In this document: in pieces, positions 12,998 through 23,943 of the stretch
How the letters are laid out: the number at the start of each line of letters is the position of its first letter
Numbering within the stretch: position 1 is the stretch's first letter
Assembly: GCF_018350175.1 (NCBI RefSeq)
Contig: NC_058373.1
Location: 102,178,001 to 102,242,000, forward strand
Source: Felis catus
Lineage: Eukaryota
DNA: 64,000 nt
Direction of reading: 5' to 3'
Notes under the pieces: model-generated
The model's database searches: none
The model's input: the letters and a program-made list of their open reading frames with translations, nothing else
What the model was told of the DNA's origin: nothing
Program-made: the position numbers and the translations under genes

Positions 12998-13180
12998 CTG
13001 CAAACGTGTGCACCAGCAGAGGATGGGCAGAGAGAGAGGGAAAGAGAGAGAATCCCAAGCAGGCTCCACACTTGTCAATGCAAAGCCCGATGTGGGGCTG
13101 AAACTCAAAAACGATGAAATCATGACTGGAGCCAAACTCACCAGTCAGACTCCTAATCAGCTGAGCCACCCAGGCACCCC
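12915..13180 (-). mobile_element. SINEC
   Basis: Reverse head ctgagccacccaggcacccc, (GA)n, TSD accatgcttca. Confidence 0.88.
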
Positions 13181-14913
13181 ACCATGCTTCATTTTTAAAT
13201 ATAGTGTAGTGAAAAAGTGCAGATTATTAATTTTTTATAGATCTTTAAAACATTAAAATTTTCTCTTTAGACTAAATTTCTTTCATAGGAAAAAAGATTG
13301 CAAGGAAATAGGCCAAAATGTCTAAACTGATTGTCTCTAGGTAATTGAATTATAGTTTTTTCCTCCTTTTTAAACTTGTCTGAATGTTCCATATATTTTA
13401 TACTGAGCATATATTGTTTTTATATTTAAAAATTACAAATTGGAAAGAAAAAATACATCTGTTCAATCTAGTTTATTCCCTAAAGAGTTGCAATCCTCTA
13501 TCTTAAAGGTTCTGGTTTCTGAGATTCTTTTAAGGTCCTTCCGCTTTTAAAAGTCTAGGTACTTGCAGCTTAGTTTTCTGCTCTCTTTACTCACCTTCTT
13601 CAGTGACAGGTTCCCAGACATTTCTTTTTGGCTCAGGGAATGTACAATCATTTAAATATTAGACCAAGTTAATGTTTCCCCTAAAATGTGCTCTAGAAGG
13701 ATTTCTGTAAGCCAAGTATAGGAAACTAGGGCTTAACCAGGCTTCTTAACTGAAGGACCTCTCAAAACCTTTACAAAATATGCAACATGGTCTTTCAGAG
13801 GGGAAGCCATTCCTAAACTTGTTTGTCAAAGAAACCCCTATTTCTCTAGAAAGTGTATTAACATCTTTTAGAACTAGTGTCCACAAAAGTAGATTGGGGG
13901 ACAGTGACATAAGCAAACTATAATTGGGAAAGTAAATGGAGAGTGGGGAGAAGAGGAGAATGTAGTGGTACTAATCAATAATTCCTTTTGCTTGTTTTGT
14001 TTTGTTTTTTAATCGGATTAAGTCTCATGAGCCCTTCCTTGGTAGCATGAATAAAAGAGACACTAAAAATATTTACTGAAAAATGAACCTGTATTGCTTT
14101 TGTAATGAGAAAAAAATGTATTTTAGTTCGGAGATTTTTTCATATGAACAAATTTATTTTTCACATTTTTTTCTTAATATTTCAAGGAATTCATCTGTCA
14201 TCTACTATCCAGTGTATTCCATTTGTGGGCCCTAAATGTGCCACAGAATCCTCCTTAAGTATCAGACTATGATCAAATGTTAAGGACTATGACCCACAGA
14301 ATCTAATTCAAATATCACAGACTATGATCAGAATGCTTTCAGGGAGTTTTGGGCCACATAATGGCAAGTAAACTTTGGAATCATGAATTTGGTAAGGAAA
14401 TTCCCAGGTCTGAATTACTACCAGAGTAATAATTTATTTTTAAATTCTTAATGTAGTGTAATAATTCTATTAGGATCAAATTTATTTTAATTTAGTATTC
14501 ACATGAATTCTGGTCTTAGATATGTATCAGCATTATAGATAAAGTACTTGTTCAATGAATAATTAATATATACAATAATGCTCTGGTATCCAACATTATA
14601 GAGAATACAATGAGTTTTCCAGATTGATGAAGTTTAACCTTTTAATTACTGGCTTTTTAACAGTTTTCTGTAGAAATCTTGAATTAAAATCACCTATCTG
14701 GCCTTATTCAGTAGAACTAACTAAATGTTATTTAAAGCTTTTGCTTGTAGAATGTTCATGTTGGATTTCATTTTCATTTCACCATCCTTGCAACTGGTGG
14801 TAGTATTTGGGATCAAATGGTTACTGAATCTGGGAACTTGCTTTCTTGAAAATGACTTTTATATAAATTTGCTTTTTAGATATTTGCCTCTTGCTTATTA
14901 AGAAATAATTTTT

Positions 14914-15130
14914 TGGGGGCGCCTAGGTGGCTCAGTTGGTTGAGAGACTGACTTCGACTCAGGTCATGATCTCATGGTTTGTGAGTTCGAGCCCCGCGTT
15001 GGTCTCTGTGCTGGCAGCTCAGAGCCTGGAGCCTGCTTCTGATTCTGTGTCTCCCTCTCTCTCTGCCCCTCCCTCACTCATGCTCTGTCTCAGAAATAAA
15101 TAAACATTAAAAAAAAAATTAAAAAAAAAG
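14914..15130 (+). mobile_element. SINEC
   Basis: ggggcgcctaggtggctcag head; TSD aagaaataattttt. Confidence 0.9.
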
Positions 15131-15259
15131 AAATAATTTTTTTGAAAGATGTCACTGTGTACTCCCCAGAGCAATGTAATTTAGCTGCCTTCATAAAAAA
15201 TTAATTATTGAATCAAAAGCCAAAGCAACCTTCTCCCAAGTGATTTTTTTCACCCTCTT

Positions 15260-15299
15260 AAAACAAAACAAAACAAAACAAAACAAAACAAAACAAAAA
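15260..15299 (+). repeat. (AAAAC)n pentanucleotide microsatellite
   Basis: Read directly from the sequence. Confidence 0.9.
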
Positions 15300-17774
15300 C
15301 ACCTCTGCAGTTACCAACAAAGATCTTTGATTTGTCAGCACGTTTTAAAATATCATCTTTGATTTCTATACTACATTAAAATGGTAGTAAAGCTACTTTC
15401 TTAGGAATTTGTGTCTCTTCTGCTTTGTTTATGCAAAGTCCATAAAATTCCAAGAATTAATGATAGGCTATTTGAAAGGATTTGTTCAGATTTAGAACCC
15501 TACAGTTTTTTTTTACATTCAGATTTTACCTGTATAGGCAAGACACCAAAGCACTTCTCCAAAATTCATCTTTAGTCTTGAAAAATATAACAATAAAAAT
15601 AATTTTGTTCTCACTAAAAATTAATGTTATTTTTATTGGTAACAGTGTGATTTAATTTTTTTACTTTTAAGAATTTTAAGGTTTAATGAAACTTGTGGAA
15701 GAGATTAGAAAATTATTTTTCCATGCATCTTAAGTGTAAAGATGTGAGAGTTTATATACATGATGCATTTTTATCATTTTTGTAAAAAAAATCATGTAAT
15801 AGGGAAATTTGAATATCTTTTTTATAAAAAGATTTCTCCATAGCATGTTTTCTTTAAGCAGTTACTTTCAGAGTAATTAAGATGTTACCTATACCATGAA
15901 ATGACCACTTAGATATTTTGTTTTGCCTTTCTTTCTTCATATATCTGCTAAATAGCTGCTGAGAGCAACTTATCCCAGTAAATAAAGATCATCAATTTTA
16001 GAACACCTGTCATTTTGTGAAAGAAAAATGCATAACTCATCTTCAATTTCAACAACTTAAGTACTTTGCTCTGAGGTAGCTAGCAAACCTAGTATGTTAT
16101 AAAATTTCCATCATTGTGTCTATTTACAAAGTATTGTGAAGATTTACTTATTTAAGGTAATATAATCCATAAATCTTTTCCAGTAACATGGAAGCAGGTG
16201 CAATCCATAAAGGTGAACAAAGAATTGGAGAGGGCTGGCATCAAGTCCTTTTTGGAACTCCTATTCTTCTCCCAGGAACAGCACACCATCCAGCACGTAA
16301 CCATCTGACAACAAGTGATGGGAACATTGCCAACCATGTATTCAATATTAGTAAATTTTAATTTTTCTATTATTTATACAAATATAAATAGAAGTTAAAT
16401 TTTCTTACTACCTTGAAGATTACAACATTAAATGACATTCTAGCCCATATACATATATTGATATGGTACGTTTTACCAAATCAAATTTTTGCAATAATTT
16501 ATAAAAGTGGGATGAACTTCTGAAGATGAACTCAATTTTCTAGCAAAAGAATAGCTATGTGAAATTTATATAAGGCTATAGTTCTGAGATACTTTTGAAA
16601 ATAAGTCAAGATTTTCTGTGCACAAACTCGAAGTACAGATAAATGTATGGAAAATTCATCTAGGGCAATGGTATTTTATTTTATTCTGTGGACACCTACA
16701 GCATTTACACACATAAGAACAGTTAACCTAAAATCCGGAGATACTTAACTGATAGGTACCTAGCATATACAAGTTGGTAAGCCTTGCCGAAGTAAACCTG
16801 TTATGTTGGCAGGTAAACTTTATTAAGGCTGGAAACTAGTTCTCTGGGGGAAAATGTCAAATTATTCTCTAGCTTCGTGGTCTGTTGAGTTTCAGCTATA
16901 TCTGGCATATTGATCCCTTTTCACTTTGAAACATTTTGTTATCCTCCTGAAAATTATATTTGCTCATAAACTTTGTAGTTAGAAATCGGCTAGAGACAGA
17001 AGTATTCTTGTGCTTTTTGTCATTATAAACTATTTCTATTAAACTGGCTTGCGTGCCTTAATAAAACAATATATCTAATATCTTTCTTTAAAAAAAATTT
17101 ATTGAGTGCTTAATACATTTAGGATCTGGCTGAGTACTTAACATACATTATTCTATTTAATCCCCAACAGCTCAGTGAAATAGATGGCATTTCCATTTTT
17201 CAGATGGAAAAAACTGAGGTTTCAGGTGATATGGCTAGTATAAAATAAACTGGACTCAAACGATATTACTAATGCCCATTGTCATTGTGCTGTGGAACTG
17301 CATCCTTGTCATATACATGCATAGAGATATTGAAAATGTTAAAATGGTTACTGCTGGGTGGTAGGATTATGGATAATTTTGGGTTTTTCCTCATAACTTG
17401 AAGCTTAGTTTGAATTTGTCCCAGTGAGTATGAATTATTATTATTTCTATCAAAACGATATATGTGCCTAGGTTAAAATTTAAATTAAACTGGAAGTTTA
17501 GATAAGCTAAGAAATGCTGCAATTGAACCCATCTCAGAGGCATCTACTTTCAATCTCTGTTTTTCTGATATTTACCTTTATATTTCTAAATCATATGCTT
17601 ATACTTCTCTTTCTTGGTTCATCAGTTAACAGACATCAGTTGAGTTTCTCTCATGATAGATGAGGATTTAACTCTTTTAGTTTCCTTCTTTTCATTTTGT
17701 TTTCTCAATTATATCAGAGTTTTGGTGAATATGTAAATATCATTCATGGCTGAGTCAGGTGTTTTACAATTCTG

Positions 17775-18555
17775 TTTTCTTTTTTTTTAATTTTTTTAAT
17801 GTTTATTTTTGAGAGAGAGGGAGAGAGACAGAGCACAAGCAGGGCACGGGCAGAGAGAAAGGGAGACACGGAATCCAAAGCAGGCTCCAGGCTCTGAGCT
17901 GTCAGTGCAGAACCTGATGCGGGGCTCGAACCCATGAACCACGAGATCATGACCTGAGCTGAAGTCAGATCCTCAACTAACTAAGCCACCCAGGCACCCC
18001 TTTCTTTTTCTTCTTCTTCTTCTTCTTCTTCTTTTTTTTAATGTCTATTTATTTTGAGAGAGAGCACAAGCAGGGGAAAGTCAATTCTATTTTGTTTTTT
18101 TTTTTCCTCAAGATCCTCCACCTTGGAGCCTATGGCCTTGTGAAATTTTATCGACTAGTTGCTCTGGATACCCTGTTGTCTAGAGACTTTTCCTTCTTCA
18201 TCACCCTAAGAATTCAGATTTCCTTTCTGCTATGTTAAATGTCTTATTTCCTGTGTTATATCTTTTGATGTGTTGTACGACTCTAATTTTAGAAGACTGT
18301 ATCTTCCAGTATGAGGTAAAATTGTTGATGTTTTGCATGTCTGGAAATTTTTTTTTTTTTTTTTTTTTTATGCTTCTTTGTTTTTGAGAGAGAGTGCGAA
18401 AGCCGGGAGGGGGGAGTAGAGAGGGGGTCAGAGGATCCAAAGCAGGCTCCATGCCAACAGCAATGAGCCTGATGTGGGACTCGAACTCATCAACTGTGAG
18501 ATCATGACCTGAGCCAAAGTTGAGCACTCACCCATCTGAGCCACCCAGGTGCCCC
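17775..18555 (-). mobile_element. Cluster of minus-strand SINECs (~17775-18000, partial ~18030-18080, ~18346-18555)
   Basis: Reverse heads gccacccagg(c/t)(a/g)cccc, T tails, (TTC)n spacer. Confidence 0.85.
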
Positions 18556-18559
18556 TCTT

Positions 18560-20050
18560 ATCCTGATACTTGATTGATAATTTGACTGGTTGTCTCTTCA
18601 AAGTTGGAAACTAGCTTCTAGATTCCAAAACTAGCCTCTAGCTCCTAATATTACTATTGAGAAACAGAGGCCGTTTTATTTACATTCCTTTGTGACTTTT
18701 TTCCCACAAGAAGACTGTTTTTTATTTTTTTTAATTTTTTTTTTTTTTGGCTTAGACTTATTTATTTAACTACGGTAAGAATGCTTAACGTGAGATCTAC
18801 TCTCTTAACTATATTATGTCTTCATCTCTAGGGTTGTAAAATTTTAGAATAATGTATCCCATTGTGTATTTTGCCCCATTGTGCTGGGTACCGAAAGCTC
18901 TTTCATTATGGAGGCTCATGTACTTTGGTTCTAGGAAATTTCCTAATGTGGTTTCTTGTATAGTTTCTCCCCCTTTATTTTGTTATTTGGTATGAAATGT
19001 ATGTATTGTTCCTCTAGTTTTCTTATCTCTTCTAATCATTTTTTCCTACTTCCTAGTATTTCCTCAATTTATCCTCCAATTTTCCTATTGAATATTTTAT
19101 TTCTGTAATCATATTTTTAATTCCCAAAGCTTTCTTATTCTCTGATTGTCCCATACTTCTCTTGCTCATTCATAGATGTAATATCTTCTCTTAACTTGGA
19201 AGAAATCAGTTTTGTTTTCTGCTCTTTTTATAGGTATTGTTTTCTTTCAGTTCTTAATTTTTTTTTAGTTTTTGTTAGAGACTTTCCTCAAAAGTCTGAT
19301 GACCTATAACCATTCATATTCCAGAGTGAATGAAGCACAACAATGCTGCCTGACAGCTGTGAGTAGGTGGGGCTTATGGAGTAGCAAGCTTCTCTGTATG
19401 CTTGGGTGGCCTTCCAGCTTTTTATTGGAGGAGTCCCAGGTGTCAGCATCTAGAGGTCTTTTCTCCTTGTCCATTCCATTCTTTGGCAAAGTCTCTTTTA
19501 ATTCCCTATCAGGAGATACAAGTCTGGATGCTGGAGTTCTGGAAGCCAGATTGAAGAAGGAGGCAGGAACTTTCATTCTGATTTTAATCCCAACCTCCCT
19601 TCTACCCCTGTGTCTGGTATCCAAAGCCCTGAGCCTCTCTGGTTCAGTTTCTCCAAATGATAAATATCCCATCTCCTCTAAGTGTAGGAGTAAGAACCAG
19701 AGCTATACATCTGCTGGAAGTACGTACCTCTCCATTTTCCACCCGGTTCTCCACCCACATTTTCTATAGTACCTGGTGCCTCTGGGTCCTGGACTTCGCC
19801 CACTCTGTTGGCTTGCTTCTCGTTCATGTCACTTCTGTGCCTACTGTTACCTACCTCTCTGTTGGTACCTCTTCTGTTGCTGAGTCAGATATTGGTCCTC
19901 CATTCATATTCTGTCCTCATATTTTGTGATTCAGGTGATAGATATCTGCTAGTCTCATTGAAGATAAAAGCTTTGTATTTTAATTTCTGATTTTTCCTTG
20001 TTTTGGGCTAACTTCTGAGAAAAGGATGAAGTGAAAAGATTTTCACTTGG
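18560..20050 (-). mobile_element. Degenerate old L1-like sequence
   Basis: T-rich decayed LINE-like composition; L1MA-type 3' fragment taagaatgcttaacgtgagatctactctcttaac at ~18776-18810. Confidence 0.4.
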
Positions 20051-20054
20051 CCGT

Positions 20055-20312
20055 TTTATTTATTTATATTCTCTTATTCTCTTATTGAGAGAATTCTTAT
20101 TCTCTTGAGAGAATAAGAGATAACATGAGTAGGGGAGAGGAGCGGGGTGGGGGGAGAGAGGGAGGGAGGGAGGGAGGGAGGAAGAGGATCTTAAGCAGGC
20201 TCCACACTCAGTGCAGAGCCTGATGCAAGGTTCAATCCCATGACCCTAGGATAATGACCTGATTTGCAACCAAGAGGTGGATGGTCAACCAATTAAGTCA
20301 CCCAGGTGCCCC
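20055..20312 (-). mobile_element. SINEC (diverged)
   Basis: Reverse head cacccaggtgcccc; TSD cacttggcc. Confidence 0.8.
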
Positions 20313-20754
20313 CACTTGGCCATTTCAAGCCGGACAATTATTTATTTTATAATCAGAAAAAAACAAAAAGCTACTTTCATTTTGAGAGGAAATGAAGTTA
20401 TACTCCTCACTAAGATATTTAGTAATAGAAAGCAGCAGGTATAGTAGCTAAAGAAGCATTGGAATCACTAAAGGATTTTATAGGAGACTTGGTTATTGAA
20501 GACAGAACTTGGGAGAAACTGAAACAGGCCCTGGTAAAGGTGGGAATGTCGTCAAGAACAGAGAGAGAGTTTATCACTGATAATAGGAACTGTACAATGT
20601 AGGGGTAACAGGGAGGCAAGATGAAGGAGCTCATATCCAGTGTAGTTGAGTTGGTCACAGAGTTTAATAAACTGCTATATTGATTTTTTTAGTAAATCAC
20701 CAGGCATTTCAAATCTTACATATTTTTCACAACTGAGTAAAAAAAGTAGAAACT

Positions 20755-20891
20755 GGGGCACCTAGGTGGCTCAGTCGATTAAACATCTGACTTCAGCTTA
20801 GGTCATGATCTCACAGTTCGTGAGTTTGAGCCCCGTGTTGGGCTCTGTGCTGATAGCTCAGAGCCTGGAGCCTGCCTCAGATTCTGTGTCT

Positions 20892-20954
<63 letters not shown>

Positions 20955-21025
20955 CTTCCCCCACTTGCACTCTGTCTCTCTCTCTCTCTCTCTCTCAAAA
21001 ATAAAAATAAACATAAAAAGAAAAA
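20755..21025 (+). mobile_element. SINEC with long (CT)n
   Basis: ggggcacctaggtggctcag head; TSD aaaaaaagtagaaact. Confidence 0.9.
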
Positions 21026-22617
21026 AAGTAGAAACTATGTTGTATTAATGAAAAATATCTGCTTGGGACTCCCTTATTACTTTTTTATCTTGAAAAATGT
21101 GTGCAGTCTCTTAGTAACAAGTGTCTCTTCTAAGCCATGACTCTTCATATTCTTCAGCCTACTTTGTTTCTTCTCCTTGTTTATTTTTGCTCAATGGAAT
21201 TTAGTCAATAAACAGCCAGAGCATACTGTTGAATATAATTTTGGCATACTAAGTGATGATGTATCTTCCAAAATTATAATTAAAAATATTTTCCCTATAG
21301 ATTTTAAATGACTGTATAATAGTGAGCCCACTAAATAAAAATAATCAGTATAATCACCAGGTGCCATTCAGGGTTTAGCAATGGAGTACTTTATTTGGCA
21401 AGTCTGACTCATTAGTTCACAGTTTTAGGTACTTGCTTAAGTATTTAGTACAGATGTTTGTTTCAAATCATATTGCTTTGAAAATACATTCAAGTGGCTA
21501 TAAACATTTACTTGACTGTCAGGATTGTAATGTTCCTCTGACATAATCAGAAACTTAATCATAATTAGTGTGCTGAGTGAGACTGATTTTCTCAGTCTCC
21601 AAATTCAACTTTGATCTGTAAAATATTTGAGATTATAGAATCCTTACCCCCAATTCTGGGTTTAAATCTTATTCCACCTAAGAAGAGTTAATTTAATCCC
21701 AACTATGACCAATCATTACTATTTGTCTTAATAAAATTCAGTATTTCACATTGTAAATTCTATATCTAGCCAATTTCATGGGAAAGTCATTGCCCTATAG
21801 AAGTTTATACCTGTTTCTCAGAATTACCAAGAAAAATACAAGGGTGTGTATGTGTGTATGTAAAATAACAAATTTTTATTCTATTCCATATTTTCTAAGA
21901 ATTGCCTAGACTAATAGTGAAATTGAGCAATTACTGAAATGAGTTGACAGAATTGCGTTGCAAATGCTTGCATGGCATTCATACTGTTCAGTGGTGATTA
22001 TTTAATAAATTTTTAAGAGATTTTATAACTTAAAAGTTCATATTTTCAATCAACAGGAAATAAAACAAGGAGAGGGAAGTAAAGGCACTATAGGGTAGTG
22101 GTTCTCAAACACCAAGTCATAGATTTCTCACTGTCTCTTACAAACAATTCACTGACTGGTTTGCTGTGAAATAAAAATAAGGGGAGGAAATATTGGCATA
22201 AGCTGTATCTCAAGACTAGAAATTATTCACATTTTGAGCATACAGTTTGGCTAAGAGAGGAAGCTTCAGTTTTTCTAATCTATATTGAGAATTAGGTGTG
22301 GGAAAAGAACTCAGGTTCTTGACTCCCTGGCCCTATGAAATTATTAGTATATAGTAAAGCAGATTATTTAAATGAGAACAAAATATCTTGGAACTGCCTT
22401 CCAATATATCCAGTACTCTTATCTTGTACCTGTACTAATTTTGGTTTTTCATCTCTGTCGGGGGTTAATATATAAACTGTATACAAAATGAATGACAAAT
22501 GACTAATGATTTTTTTTTTCTTTAGATACATCCAGAGAGTGCCCAGAAGAAACTCCCTCCTGGAAAAACTAAAAAAGCAGTATTTATAACACTGGAATTT
22601 GTGGATAATTTATCAAA

Positions 22618-23943
22618 ATGGCAGAAAGTAGTGAAAATAGTAGCAAAAATGTAGATGTAAGGCCCAAAACTAGTCGAAGTAGAAGTGCTGACAGAAAGGA
22701 CGGGTATGTATGGAGTGGAAAGAAATTATCTTGGTCAAAAAAGAGTGAAAGTTGTTCAGATGCTGAAACAGTGAATGCTATAGAGAAAACTGAAGTTCCT
22801 TTAAGGAGCCAAGAAAGGAAGCACAGCTGTTCATCCATCGAGTTGGATTTAGATCATTCCTGTGGGCATAGATTTTTAGGCCGATCTCTTAAACAGAAAC
22901 TGCAAGATGCCGTGGGGCAGTGTTTCCCAATAAAGAATTGTAGTGGTCGGCACTCTTCGGGGCTTCCATCTAAAAGGAAAATTCATATCAGTGAACTCAT
23001 GTTAGATAAGTGTCCTTTTCCACCTCGATCAGATTTAGCCTTTAGGTGGCATTTTATTAAACGACACACTGCTCCTATAAATCCCAAATCCAGTGAGTGG
23101 GTAAGCACAGACTTGGCTCAGAGTGAATTGAGGGATGGTCAGCTAAAACAAAGAAGAAATGTGGAAGAAGAGGTGAACTGCTTCTCACATACTGATGTTC
23201 AGCCCTGTGTCATAACCACCAACAATGCTTCATGTAGAGGTGGTCCTGTGACTGGCTCTGTGATGAACCTGGTTTCAAATAACAGTATAGAAGATAGTGA
23301 TATGGATTCAGATGATGAAATTATTACACTTTGCACAAGTTCCAGAAAAAGAAACAAACCCAAATGGGAAATGGATGAAGAAATCCTACAGCTGGAAACA
23401 CCTCCTAAGTACCATACCCAGATTGATTACGTCCACTGTCTTGTACCAGACCTCCTTCAGATCAATAACAATCCATGTTACTGGGGAGTTATGGATAAAT
23501 ATGCAGCTGAAGCTCTACTAGAGGGAAAACCAGAGGGTACCTTTTTACTTCGAGACTCAGCACAGGAAGACTATTTATTCTCTGTTAGTTTTAGACGCTA
23601 TAGTCGTTCTCTTCACGCTAGAATTGAACAGTGGAATCACAATTTTAGCTTTGATGCACATGATCCTTGTGTCTTCCATTCTCCTGACATTACTGGGCTC
23701 CTAGAACATTATAAGGACCCAAGTGCCTGTATGTTCTTTGAACCACTTTTATCCACTCCTTTAATTCGGACTTTCCCTTTTTCCTTGCAACATATATGCA
23801 GAACAGTTATTTGTAACTGTACAACTTACGATGGCATTGATGCCCTTCCAATTCCTTCTTCTATGAAATTATATCTGAAGGAATATCACTATAAATCAAA
23901 AGTTAGAGTACTCAGGATTGATGCACCAGAACAACAGTGCTAG
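22618..23943 (+). CDS. SOCS4: Suppressor of cytokine signaling 4, 441 aa, whole CDS in the last exon
   Basis: Long ORF with the SOCS4/5 N-terminal motif RSLKQKLQDAVGQCFPIK, an SH2 domain (CYWG...FLLRDS) and a SOCS box (FSLQHICRTVI...LPIPSSMKLYL). Exon acceptor (t)n ctttag| at 22525/22526. Confidence 0.98.
   Translation: MAESSENSSKNVDVRPKTSRSRSADRKDGYVWSGKKLSWSKKSESCSDAETVNAIEKTEVPLRSQERKHSCSSIELDLDHSCGHRFLGRSLKQKLQDAVGQCFPIKNCSGRHSSGLPSKRKIHISELMLDKCPFPPRSDLAFRWHFIKRHTAPINPKSSEWVSTDLAQSELRDGQLKQRRNVEEEVNCFSHTDVQPCVITTNNASCRGGPVTGSVMNLVSNNSIEDSDMDSDDEIITLCTSSRKRNKPKWEMDEEILQLETPPKYHTQIDYVHCLVPDLLQINNNPCYWGVMDKYAAEALLEGKPEGTFLLRDSAQEDYLFSVSFRRYSRSLHARIEQWNHNFSFDAHDPCVFHSPDITGLLEHYKDPSACMFFEPLLSTPLIRTFPFSLQHICRTVICNCTTYDGIDALPIPSSMKLYLKEYHYKSKVRVLRIDAPEQQC

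Noticed and set aside
16184..16360. Higher-complexity intronic segment with a short ATG ORF and an upstream ttttccag
   Set aside because: No recognisable protein and no convincing donor site; cannot be supported as an exon or pseudogene.
19272..19769. Overlapping 165-aa (+) and 122-aa (-) ORFs in the SOCS4 intron
   Set aside because: No recognisable homology, and they lie in probable decayed LINE sequence.
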